Positions 18,692-27,721 of a DNA stretch of 64,000 nt are shown in pieces. Each line of letters opens with the position of its first letter. The first letter of the stretch is position 1. The notes beneath the pieces are model-generated. The model was not told the origin of the DNA, made no database searches, and saw nothing but the letters and a program-made list of their open reading frames with translations. Location: positions 304,749 to 368,748 of the forward strand of contig OZ246397.1 in NCBI GenBank assembly GCA_965230945.1, given 5' to 3'. The DNA is from an uncultured Gammaproteobacteria bacterium. GTDB lineage: Bacteria; Patescibacteriota; Microgenomatia; PFEM01; JAPLYW01. The position numbers and the translations under genes are program-made.

Positions 18692-20065
18692 ATGAAAAAA
18701 ATTCGTCGTCTACCAACAATTGTCGGCATTATTCTCGTTTTGGGAGCTATTGTTAGCGGTGTTTTTTTAATTAAGCAAGGTCCCAGTCTTTTTCTAAGGG
18801 CCGCTCCGGAGATTACCCCTGCCCAAATAAAAATCACTAATGTCAACGGTAGTAGTTTTGCAGTTTCTTGGATTACTGATGAAAAAACCACCGGCTTTGT
18901 AAAATATGGTCTGGAGCAAAAAGTTTCTTTTACTGCAACTGATGATCGCGACCAACTTTCTGGAAAAACAGAAAGTTTTTTAACCCACCATGTAACAGTC
19001 AAAAATCTAAAACCTAACACCAGCTACTTCTTTAAAATTGGCTCTGGTGGCAAAATTTTTGATAACAATGGCCAGGCTTATCAGATAAAAACTGCTCCGG
19101 CCTTTTCAGGTTCCCCGCCTCCTAATGATGTCGCTTACGGTACTGTAGTGGATCAAAACAGCAATCCAGTTGAGGGGGCTATCGTTTATCTTTCCTTAGC
19201 CAATGCCAATCCTACTTCCACCCTCAGTAAATCTTCAGGAAGTTGGGTAATCCCTTTAAATTTAATCCGCTCGGCTGATCTTTCCTCTTATGCCAACTAT
19301 GATAAAGAGGCTTCAATTGAAGAAATTTTTATTCAGGCTGGCTCCTTAGGAACGGCTGCGGTAGTAGCCACCACTAAAAATGACAGTCCCATGCCTAAGA
19401 TTATTCTGGGGCAAAACTTTGACTTTAGACAAATCGCTGAGGAAAAATCAACGACACCAGAAAAAGAACAAGAATCTAGCCAAGAAGCAACGGCTACCAG
19501 TAAATTTAGCCTCAATGAAACAACTACGCCATCAGCCTCTACCATCTCAGCTAAACTCGATATCATCAATCCCGAAGAAAATGAAGAGCTCAACTCTCAA
19601 AAACCACAAATTTTGGGAACTGGACCAGTGAATAAAACCCTTACCATTACCATACAATCTCCAGCCACTTATTCAGGCACAGTTAAAGTAGACAATCAAG
19701 GTAATTGGAGCTGGATCCCGCCTGAAAACCTAGAACCAGGTGAACATACCGTTACTGCCAGCTATACTGATGAAAATGGCCAAGAACAAAAAATTTCCAA
19801 AACCTTCATCGTTCTGGCTTCAGGAACCAGCTCCCTGCCGGCGATGACTGCTTCTCCCTCAGCAGAGACATCGCCTTCTGCCGAAGCTTCTCCTTCACCA
19901 ACACCAACCATAGCTACTGATAGCAGTCGCACTTCTATGCCTTCAACCAGTGAGGGCGTACCAACTTCTGGTTACTTGACACCAACCTTTACGGTCTTCA
20001 TAATAGGAATCAGTTTAATTTTCATGGCATTATTTCTAAGAAAACTTAATGGACGATCTGCCTAA
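18692..20065 (+). CDS. cell-surface protein with an N-terminal signal anchor, an FN3/purple-acid-phosphatase-N-like domain, an S/T/P-rich stalk, and a C-terminal 'VPTSGYLTPTF'+TM+'RKLNGRSA' anchor
   Basis: 'SFAVSWITDEKTTGFVKYG...HHVTVKNLKPNTSYFFKIG' is FN3-like. The C-terminus has an LPXTG-like VPTSG motif followed by a hydrophobic helix and a basic tail. Confidence 0.7.
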   Translation: MKKIRRLPTIVGIILVLGAIVSGVFLIKQGPSLFLRAAPEITPAQIKITNVNGSSFAVSWITDEKTTGFVKYGLEQKVSFTATDDRDQLSGKTESFLTHHVTVKNLKPNTSYFFKIGSGGKIFDNNGQAYQIKTAPAFSGSPPPNDVAYGTVVDQNSNPVEGAIVYLSLANANPTSTLSKSSGSWVIPLNLIRSADLSSYANYDKEASIEEIFIQAGSLGTAAVVATTKNDSPMPKIILGQNFDFRQIAEEKSTTPEKEQESSQEATATSKFSLNETTTPSASTISAKLDIINPEENEELNSQKPQILGTGPVNKTLTITIQSPATYSGTVKVDNQGNWSWIPPENLEPGEHTVTASYTDENGQEQKISKTFIVLASGTSSLPAMTASPSAETSPSAEASPSPTPTIATDSSRTSMPSTSEGVPTSGYLTPTFTVFIIGISLIFMALFLRKLNGRSA

Positions 20066-20744
20066 AACTGACCATGATCAAGATCAAAATACAAAAGAAA
20101 AACCTATTGAGATTGGCTCTTTCGATCAAAAATCTCCCCTTTCTCAAACTCAAAGCAGTTCAATAGAACCGCCAAAAGCAATGCCACCTCTCCCAGAAAC
20201 CGATGAAAAACCATCTGAAGTAAAAATAATAGGAGAACCAGAAGTAAAACAGACGGCACCAGAAGTAACCAATATTACTACCTCACCTCCTGAAAATAAG
20301 AACAAAAAACTTAAAAATATTTCCGCCATTATAGGCTTGCTTATCATTATCATTGCCCTACCTTTAAGTCTTTTGTTAGTTAAACAAAGGCAAGAAATTA
20401 GGAAAAAGGCTGAAGCTCCTGGCCTAAGTGGAAGCATTTCTTTTTGCGGTATTACCATTAGTCCAACTGGACAGTCTTTTAGTAATGGCACTTATACTTT
20501 CACTTATTCAATTACCGGAAGTGGTCATACTGTAAAAGTTCATACTTATGGTTGTGCTTGTGTAGAGGGAGCAAGAGGAAGTTGCGGTACTAATTCTGGA
20601 AAATGTAAAGGTAATAGCTTCACTACCCAAACCCCTTATAGCGGAAGCATTACCGCCCCTAAAATTGGAGATGATTGTGGAACTTATCAAGCTGATGTCT
20701 ATGTCGTCTCTGTAGATGGGAATACAGCCTGTCACAATAACTAA
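20049..20744 (+). CDS. Cys-rich secreted/anchored protein. It has a TM followed by 'VKQRQEIRKKAEA', paralogous to the N-terminus of the next gene. The start is uncertain.
   Basis: TM 'ISAIIGLLIIIIALPLSLLLV' plus the shared post-TM motif. About 8 Cys in the C-terminal 100 aa. Confidence 0.6.
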   Translation: MDDLPKTDHDQDQNTKEKPIEIGSFDQKSPLSQTQSSSIEPPKAMPPLPETDEKPSEVKIIGEPEVKQTAPEVTNITTSPPENKNKKLKNISAIIGLLIIIIALPLSLLLVKQRQEIRKKAEAPGLSGSISFCGITISPTGQSFSNGTYTFTYSITGSGHTVKVHTYGCACVEGARGSCGTNSGKCKGNSFTTQTPYSGSITAPKIGDDCGTYQADVYVVSVDGNTACHNN

Positions 20745-21871
20745 TGAATAAACTTAAATTTAGCAAGTCAACTATTTTTACCCTTTTAGGCATCCTTGTT
20801 ATTGTTGCTTCTATTCCAATGGCAGTAATCTTGGTCAACCAAAGGCAAGAAATTAGAAAAGAAGCGGCTCAATCATGCGGAAGCTGGTGTGCCTCTAAAG
20901 TTGGCCATGCAGATTATCCGTGGTGTATTTGTAATGCGGACAGAAGCCCAAAGTCTGGCTATACAGAAGCTGGTAGAACGACAACCTCAGACTGTACCCG
21001 TTCTTGTGTGGCCTATCGAGAGAAAAGTTCTCCACCACCATCTCAGCCAACAGCTACACCAACACCAAAGTCAAGCGGTCCATCTTGCGGCAGTTGGTGT
21101 GCTTCAAGGGTCGGTCATGCAGATTATCCGTGGTGTATTTGTAATGCGGACAGAAGCCCAAAGTCTGGCTATACAGAAGCTGGTAGAACGACAACCTCAG
21201 ACTGTACCCGTTCTTGTGTTGCTTATAAACAATCTACATCTGCTCCTACTCCAACCCCCTCTGGCCAAAACTGTGGTGGTTGGTGTGCTTCAAAAGTCGG
21301 TCATGCAGATTATCCTTGGTGTATTTGTAATGCCGATAGAAGTCCTGCCTCAGGCTATACAGAAGCTGGTAGAACGACAACCTCAGACTGTACCCGTTCT
21401 TGTGTGGCCTATTCTTCTACCCAAGATGCCGCCGGTGCCGCAGGACATCCAGTTTGGGGACTCTATCAAACCGGTAAAACCTGCTCTGTTACTTCTACAC
21501 CTACCCCGACACCTACTAGAGGAACTACACCTACCCCGACACCTACTAGAGGAACTACACCTACCCCGACACCTACTGGGACCGTTACTCCTACTCCTAC
21601 ACTAACGATCACACCAACCCCAACTCCAACTAGTACAGTAACTCCTACCCCCACAGCCACTGTGACCCCAACTGGTACGATCACACCAACCCCAACTGGT
21701 ACGATCACACCAACCCCAACTGGTACGATCACACCAACCCCTACCCCAACCACAATAGCTGCAGCTACTCCAAGCGCAGAACTACCTGAGGCTGGCTTTA
21801 CCCTTCCTACTTTTGGAGCTATCATCGGTGGTATTCTATTAATAATCACTTCACTGATCTTCATTCTCTAA
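20744..21871 (+). CDS. surface protein with three tandem 6-Cys modules, a PT-repeat linker, and a C-terminal 'LPEAGFTLPTF'+TM anchor
   Basis: Signal anchor, then 'VNQRQEIRKEAAQ', then the module 'CGSWCAS[KR]VGHADYPWCICNADRSP.SGYTEAGRTTTSDCTRSCVAY' three times, then (TPTP)n, then LPEAG and a hydrophobic tail. Confidence 0.8.
   Translation: MNKLKFSKSTIFTLLGILVIVASIPMAVILVNQRQEIRKEAAQSCGSWCASKVGHADYPWCICNADRSPKSGYTEAGRTTTSDCTRSCVAYREKSSPPPSQPTATPTPKSSGPSCGSWCASRVGHADYPWCICNADRSPKSGYTEAGRTTTSDCTRSCVAYKQSTSAPTPTPSGQNCGGWCASKVGHADYPWCICNADRSPASGYTEAGRTTTSDCTRSCVAYSSTQDAAGAAGHPVWGLYQTGKTCSVTSTPTPTPTRGTTPTPTPTRGTTPTPTPTGTVTPTPTLTITPTPTPTSTVTPTPTATVTPTGTITPTPTGTITPTPTGTITPTPTPTTIAAATPSAELPEAGFTLPTFGAIIGGILLIITSLIFIL
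20873..21412 (+). repeat. Tandem intragenic DNA repeats. Three units of about 210, 186 and 144 bp. Units 1 and 2 share about 105 bp of perfect identity, and the last 60 bp of all three units are identical.
   Basis: Aligned by eye. Further 30-bp x3 (21497-21586) and 24-bp x3 (21671-21742) repeats encode the PT linker. Confidence 0.85.
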
Positions 21872-21892
21872 AGACTGTGGTAAAATCACTTT

Positions 21893-23134
21893 ATGAAAGT
21901 CGCTATTATTGGTGGTGGACCTACTGGCTTAATTATTGGTTTGAGAGTTAGTCAAAAAGGGCATCAGATAACCGTTTTTGAAAAAGGAAAAAAGATCGGC
22001 GGTTTAAGTAAAACTTTTAAAAGAAAAGACTGGCAATGGCCAGTTGAACAATTTTATCATCATCTTTTTTCTTCTGATAAAACCGCTAAAAAAGTTATCT
22101 CTCAGTTAGGATTAAAAGATAAACTCTTTTATTCACAACCCAAAACTTCTATTTTCAAAAATCATCAATTTCTAAGGCTTGATTCTCCCTTATCTGTTTT
22201 GAAATTTCCCTACTTCTCTTTCTTAGAAAAGGTAAGATTTGGTCTAGTTACTCTTTATCTTAAATTGAGTAATAATTTTCTCACTTTTGAAAAAATCCCG
22301 GCTGTTAAGTGGTTAAAAAAAGCTTATGGGAAAAAAGTCTATCAATTTTTATGGGAACCTCTTTTAAAATCAAAATTTCCTTTCAAAACTAGCCAAATAT
22401 CCCTCTCTTGGTTTTGGGCTAGAATTAAAGTAAGAGGCTCAAACCTTGGCTATCTTAAAGGAGGCTTTCAGGTTTTAACCGATAAGTTAGAAAAAAAGAT
22501 AAAAGAAAATGGTGGCCAAATACTAACCAATCACGAAATCAAAAGCTTTAAAAATTTAAAAAACTTTGACAAAATTATTTTCACCACTCCCATTTCTATA
22601 TTTTTAAAAATAGCCAAAAACAAACTCCCTAAAAGCTACCAAGAGCAGCTCAAAAAACTAAAAATGCTAGGTGCTCTTAGTCTAATTCTCGTCTCAAAAG
22701 AAAAATTTCTGAAAGATGGCACCTATTGGCTAAATATCAATGAAAAAAATTATCCTTTCGTTGCCGTAGTTGAACATACCAACTTTATCCCCTCAAAACA
22801 CTACAATAAAAATAAAATTCTTTATATTGGCGGTTATTATCCTCAAAATCATCCCTTTTTTAAAATGAACAAAGAGCAAATCTTAAAAGAATTCTTACCT
22901 TACCTTAAAAAAATCAATCCCCAATTTAATCTAAAAGCAATAATCGATTCTTACTTTTTCACTGATCTCAATACACAACCCTTAAGAATAGTTAACTATC
23001 TTCAATTAATGCCTTCTTCTAAAACACCCATTAAAAACACCTTTTTGGCCAACATGCAGTTAGTCTATCCTTATGATCGAGGCACTAACTATGCTTTTCA
23101 ATTAGGAATTAAAATTGCCAATGAAGTGGAATAA
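21893..23134 (+). CDS. FAD-dependent oxidoreductase (amine-oxidase / UDP-galactopyranose-mutase-like Rossmann type)
   Basis: N-terminal 'KVAIIGGGPTGLIIGL...VFEKGKKIGGL' dinucleotide-binding motif. 413 aa. Confidence 0.75.
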   Translation: MKVAIIGGGPTGLIIGLRVSQKGHQITVFEKGKKIGGLSKTFKRKDWQWPVEQFYHHLFSSDKTAKKVISQLGLKDKLFYSQPKTSIFKNHQFLRLDSPLSVLKFPYFSFLEKVRFGLVTLYLKLSNNFLTFEKIPAVKWLKKAYGKKVYQFLWEPLLKSKFPFKTSQISLSWFWARIKVRGSNLGYLKGGFQVLTDKLEKKIKENGGQILTNHEIKSFKNLKNFDKIIFTTPISIFLKIAKNKLPKSYQEQLKKLKMLGALSLILVSKEKFLKDGTYWLNINEKNYPFVAVVEHTNFIPSKHYNKNKILYIGGYYPQNHPFFKMNKEQILKEFLPYLKKINPQFNLKAIIDSYFFTDLNTQPLRIVNYLQLMPSSKTPIKNTFLANMQLVYPYDRGTNYAFQLGIKIANEVE

Positions 23135-24758
23135 AAAAATAATTTTCATCTTTTCTTTATTGGGTATTATCCTTTTAGGGGGGTTTTTACGCTTCTACAA
23201 TCTCAATTGGGATCAAGGTCACTTCTTTCATCCTGATGAAAGAAACATTGCTAACGCTGTTTCCAAAATTAGATTTTTTCATCAATTAAATCCTCAGTTC
23301 TTTGCCTACGGCAGCTTACCTATCTATCTCTATAGAGTTACAGGAGATATTTTAGTCGCTTTGACTAAAAACCAAGATTGGGTCTTAGAATGGCCCAATA
23401 TTAACATTATCGGCAGAAGCTTTTCGGCCCTTTTTTCTAGCCTATCTTTAATTTTGGTCTTCTTTTTAACTAAAAAAATATTTAATAAAAAAGTGGCTAT
23501 TTTGGCTACTTTTTTTACTGCCTTTTGTCCTTCCCTTATCCAAACGGCTCACTTCAGTGTAACCGAAAGTCTACTTGTCTTCTGGTTGCTTTTAATAAGC
23601 CTTCTTTCTTTAAAGATTGCCGATAAGGCAAGCTATAAAAATTATCTGGTGACAGGTTTTATTTGGGGACTAGCTTTAGCCACTAAGATCTCCGCCCTTT
23701 CCTTTGCTATCATTCCCTTAACCGCTCATCTTCTTTTCCATTTTAGAAAAATAAAAAACTATTTAAAACTTCTTGTCGGTTTTACCGTTGCTTTTCTAAC
23801 CTTTGCCTTTTTATCACCTTATACCTTCCTAGCCAAAGAAAAATTTTTGGAATCAATGAGATACGAAAGTGGTATTGTTTGGGGAACACTAAAAGTAGTT
23901 TATGTCCTACAGTTTGAAAAAACCTTACCCTATCTTTTTCAAATCAAAAACTTGCTTTGGCAAATGGGACCAACAGCTTTCTTGGGAATCCTGGGTCTTC
24001 TTGTCCTTTTAGTAATCGCCTTTAAAAAGAAAGAGAAAAAGATTTTTATTCTTCTTTCTTTTCCTATCGCTTACTTTCTCTATGCCGGGCTTTGGTACAC
24101 TAAATTCATCCGCTATATGATTCCCTTACTTCCTTTTTTAGCCATTGGTCTTGCCTGGCTAATTTACAAGATTCGTTTAAAAACTAAAATCTTTGGCAAT
24201 TTTTTAATCATTTTATGTCTCCTTACCAACCTTCTTTGGGCCTTAGCTTTTTTTTCTATCTATAGTAAAGAACAAACAAGAATAACGGCTTCAAAATGGG
24301 TTTACCAAAATATTAAAAAAGGGGATTACATTCTTAACGAACATTGGGATGACGGGCTACCCTTAAATCTTGACTCAAATCATCCCTCTAATTACAAAAT
24401 TGAACAATTAACCATCTATGAAGCCGACAATCAACAAAAACTTAACTACTATGCTGAAAAACTAGACCAAGCTAACTATCTCATCATTAACAGTCGCCGC
24501 CTCTACGGCACTTTAATGTTTTTACCAGAAAAATATCCATTAACCTCTAAATATTACCAACTGCTTTTTGAAAACAAACTAGGCTATAATAAAGTAGCTG
24601 AATTTACCTCCTATCCATCAATTTTAGGAATCGTAATTAATGATGATAAAAGTGAAGAAAGCTTCCAGGTTTATGATCACCCAAAAGTTATGATTTTTGA
24701 AAACAAAAAGATTTTTAACCAAAAGCAGTTTGAAGAGATTTTAAACATTTATGATTAA
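23115..24758 (+). CDS. GT-C fold membrane glycosyltransferase (ArnT/PMT-like, GT39/GT83 family)
   Basis: Polytopic. An 'HPDER' acidic motif sits in the first extracytoplasmic loop ('FFHPDERNIANAV'). Confidence 0.75.
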   Translation: MPMKWNKKIIFIFSLLGIILLGGFLRFYNLNWDQGHFFHPDERNIANAVSKIRFFHQLNPQFFAYGSLPIYLYRVTGDILVALTKNQDWVLEWPNINIIGRSFSALFSSLSLILVFFLTKKIFNKKVAILATFFTAFCPSLIQTAHFSVTESLLVFWLLLISLLSLKIADKASYKNYLVTGFIWGLALATKISALSFAIIPLTAHLLFHFRKIKNYLKLLVGFTVAFLTFAFLSPYTFLAKEKFLESMRYESGIVWGTLKVVYVLQFEKTLPYLFQIKNLLWQMGPTAFLGILGLLVLLVIAFKKKEKKIFILLSFPIAYFLYAGLWYTKFIRYMIPLLPFLAIGLAWLIYKIRLKTKIFGNFLIILCLLTNLLWALAFFSIYSKEQTRITASKWVYQNIKKGDYILNEHWDDGLPLNLDSNHPSNYKIEQLTIYEADNQQKLNYYAEKLDQANYLIINSRRLYGTLMFLPEKYPLTSKYYQLLFENKLGYNKVAEFTSYPSILGIVINDDKSEESFQVYDHPKVMIFENKKIFNQKQFEEILNIYD

Positions 24759-26778
24759 CGATCTTACCTACATTTTTAGTTGGTGGTTTTTATTTTTTGC
24801 TCTTGGTATTCTCTTTTTACCTTTAAATTACTTCTTCTTTAAAAAATTCTTTGACCATGGCTATATCTTCAGTAAAATATTAGCCCTCTTACTTATTAGC
24901 TACACTAGTTGGCTTTTAGCTAGCTTAAAAATCCTTCCTTTTAGCCAAATAAGCATTTTGGGGATCATTATTCTTTGGGGACTGATTAACCTTTTTATCA
25001 AAAAACTCAGCAAATTAAATATCAAGTCCTTGATTAAAAAGAATTGGAAAATCTTTTTACTTGAAGAGCTTCTTTTCATCTTTTGTCTGCTTGCTTGGTC
25101 TTTTGTCCGCGGTTTCCAGCCTAATATCCATGGTTTGGAAAAACTCATGGACTATGGCTTTGTTAATACCATCCTCCGTTCTAGCTTCTTTCCTCCTTTA
25201 GATATGTGGTTTTCAGGAGAAACCATTAACTATTACTACTTTGGTCATCTCATAACTGCTCTTTTAACTAAAATTACTAAAATTGACTCTGCCATTACCT
25301 ATAACCTCATGATCGCCAGCCTTTTTGCCTTTATCTTTACGGCCGTCTTTTCTTTAGCTGGTAACTTAACTTCTTTTTTTCTAAAAGAAAAAAGAATAAA
25401 GAATAAATTAAAATTTATCTTGTTAGGTGGCTTTTTAGCTGCCTTTTTCCTTAGCTTAGGAGGCAACTTACACCCTTTTTACTGGCTTGTAAAAGAAGGT
25501 ACCTTTGTCGGTTATTGGTACCCCGATGCCACCCGTTTTATTGTGGAAAAATTTGGGGCGGCTGATAATACCATTCATGAATTCCCTCTTTATAGTTTTG
25601 TGGTCGCTGACCTTCACAGCCATCTTTTAAACCTGCCTTTTGTCCTTCTTTTTATCGGCCTCTTAATAAGGCTTTTTTATCTAAAAATTATCAAACTAGC
25701 TGATTCCGTCTTTTACGGCTTTTTGCTGGGAATAATGTATATAACTAATCCCTGGGATCTACCAATTTATTTTCTTCTTTTATCTCTGGTTGTTTTTTAT
25801 CATTATTATCTAAACTTCAACTTAAGTTTTAAAACATTTCTTAAGACTTTCTTATTCTCTCTTAGCGTATTTTTACTAGCCATCATTTTTCCCTTGCCTT
25901 TCCATCTTCAATTTAACCCCATTGCCAATAAAATTGCCTTGGTTGACTTTAATTCTCCCCCATGGATGCTTTTGGTTCTATGGGGCTTACCGCTTTTTAT
26001 AAGCTTAAGCTTTCTACTAATTTTAAAAACAAACAAGATGAAATTAAGTAAAACTGATTCTTTTATCTTAACTTTACTTGGCGTCAGTTGGTTTCTAATT
26101 ATTGTTCCCGAGATTATTTACCTTAAAGATATCTACATTCATTCTTATCAACGAGCCAATACCATGTTTAAACTTACCTATCAGTCTTTTGTTATGTTCT
26201 CCTTATCAACCGGCTTCATTTTCTTAAGAATTTTCCTTCTTAAAAGCAAAAAGATAAAAATACTGCTTCTTCTTTTAAGCCTACCCTTTATCTTTTCTGT
26301 CTCTGTCTATCCTTACTTTGCTATCAAGTCTTTTTATGGTTTCCAAAATTACAAAGGTCTTTATGGTTTAAACCAGCTTAAGAATTTTTATCCAGACGAC
26401 TATCAAGGAATTCTATGGCTAAGAGAAAATATTAAAGGCCAACCAGTAATTGTCGAAGCTGTGGGTGAAAGTTACACTGACTTTGCCAGGGTTTCAGCTA
26501 ATACAGGTCTGCCTACCATCTTAGGCTGGCGAGTTCATGAATGGCTTTGGCGAGGTTCCTTTGACGAACCTGGCAAGAGAACTGAAGAAGTCAAAGAAAT
26601 TTATGAAAATAATGACATTGAGAAAACCCAAAAGCTTCTAGAAAAACATCAGGTTAGTCTAATTTTTATAGGCAGTTTAGAAAGAAAACAATATCTTAAT
26701 CTAAAAGAGGAAAAGTTCAGCAAACTAGGGAAGTCTATTTTCTCTTCTGGACAAACCAAGATTTACAAGATTGACTAA
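24751..26778 (+). CDS. large polytopic membrane protein, putative GT-C-type glycosyltransferase/polymerase
   Basis: 675 aa with more than 12 predicted TMs. Conserved 'HEFPLYSFVVADLHSHLLNLPF' loop. Confidence 0.6.
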   Translation: MINDLTYIFSWWFLFFALGILFLPLNYFFFKKFFDHGYIFSKILALLLISYTSWLLASLKILPFSQISILGIIILWGLINLFIKKLSKLNIKSLIKKNWKIFLLEELLFIFCLLAWSFVRGFQPNIHGLEKLMDYGFVNTILRSSFFPPLDMWFSGETINYYYFGHLITALLTKITKIDSAITYNLMIASLFAFIFTAVFSLAGNLTSFFLKEKRIKNKLKFILLGGFLAAFFLSLGGNLHPFYWLVKEGTFVGYWYPDATRFIVEKFGAADNTIHEFPLYSFVVADLHSHLLNLPFVLLFIGLLIRLFYLKIIKLADSVFYGFLLGIMYITNPWDLPIYFLLLSLVVFYHYYLNFNLSFKTFLKTFLFSLSVFLLAIIFPLPFHLQFNPIANKIALVDFNSPPWMLLVLWGLPLFISLSFLLILKTNKMKLSKTDSFILTLLGVSWFLIIVPEIIYLKDIYIHSYQRANTMFKLTYQSFVMFSLSTGFIFLRIFLLKSKKIKILLLLLSLPFIFSVSVYPYFAIKSFYGFQNYKGLYGLNQLKNFYPDDYQGILWLRENIKGQPVIVEAVGESYTDFARVSANTGLPTILGWRVHEWLWRGSFDEPGKRTEEVKEIYENNDIEKTQKLLEKHQVSLIFIGSLERKQYLNLKEEKFSKLGKSIFSSGQTKIYKID

Positions 26779-27707
26779 TCTCTCAAGAGATTTTGAACAT
26801 GCTGATGCACTTCTTGCCAATCACCTGATTCGGGAATCAAAACCCACTGGTTATCATATTTTTCTCTAGAAGGAGGCGGATTAATTAAATAACCGTCATT
26901 TAAAACTTCTGTTTTTATCTTGCTCTTTTTAATCTTCAAGCCTACCTTCAGTAAATCATCATATTTACTTGAGGAAATATCAGTTTTGATATTTTCATTA
27001 ACCAATTTAATTAATTGATTTAAACGACTGTAGCTAAAAACCACTTGAGGATTAAAAAGTCTTTTTTTAATAGCTAAAAGTAATCTTTGTTGTCGTTGAG
27101 AACGAGCAAAGTCAGTACCTTCGTCGCCTTCAGCATTTCTAGAACGAACATATTTTAAGGCTCTTTGGCCATCCATCCATTGTTTTCCAGCTTCAAAATG
27201 GATATCTTGGTAACGGCAATTAAATTCTGGATCTCCATCACATAAATCATCTTCTTTGCCAACAATCGGATAGCGATAGTCATCAAAAGAGCGTTCTACA
27301 TCTACTTCAATTCCATCCAGAAGATCAACCATTTTGGTAAAAACATCGAAATCAACAAGGAGGCTATAGTCTATTTTTTGGCCTAGAATATTACTGACAA
27401 CACTTTTAGTTTCATCCATACCCTCGTAATGATAGACACTATTTAATTTCGTTCTTAATGAGGGCACCCAAATATCCCGAGGCAAAGAAAGCAATAAACT
27501 CTTACCGCTTTCATTTTCTATAGAAAAAAAGATAATCGTATCGGTTAAATCATTACCAGTATGATTTTCACCAGCCATCCCTAAAACCAAGATGTTGGTT
27601 CGTCCTGATGGTGGTTTTAAAAGATAATAACCACCAACAATTAAAGAGCCAATAATTAAAAAGCTAATTCCTAACCAAAAAAGTAATTTTTTCCAACGAT
27701 TGTTCAT
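26775..27707 (-). CDS. LytR-CpsA-Psr (LCP) family cell-envelope polymer transferase
   Basis: N-terminal TM, then 'ILVLGMAG...DTIIF...LSLPRDIWV' LCP signature. Confidence 0.85.
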   Translation of the reverse strand: MNNRWKKLLFWLGISFLIIGSLIVGGYYLLKPPSGRTNILVLGMAGENHTGNDLTDTIIFFSIENESGKSLLLSLPRDIWVPSLRTKLNSVYHYEGMDETKSVVSNILGQKIDYSLLVDFDVFTKMVDLLDGIEVDVERSFDDYRYPIVGKEDDLCDGDPEFNCRYQDIHFEAGKQWMDGQRALKYVRSRNAEGDEGTDFARSQRQQRLLLAIKKRLFNPQVVFSYSRLNQLIKLVNENIKTDISSSKYDDLLKVGLKIKKSKIKTEVLNDGYLINPPPSREKYDNQWVLIPESGDWQEVHQHVQNLLRD

Positions 27708-27721
27708 GATAAAATGGAGCA

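Noticed and set aside
20873-21412. Diversity-generating retroelement (template/variable repeat pair) as the explanation for the near-identical repeats in the Cys-rich gene
   Set aside because: Differences between copies are not adenine-specific (C/T, A/G and multi-base changes). The copies are in tandem inside one ORF. No reverse transcriptase gene is in the window.
20889-21864. ORFs 20889..21605 (+) and 21466..21864 (-)
   Set aside because: They are alternative-frame or antisense readings of the repetitive Cys-module and PT-linker DNA inside the well-supported 20744..21871 gene. Their translations are low-complexity artefacts.
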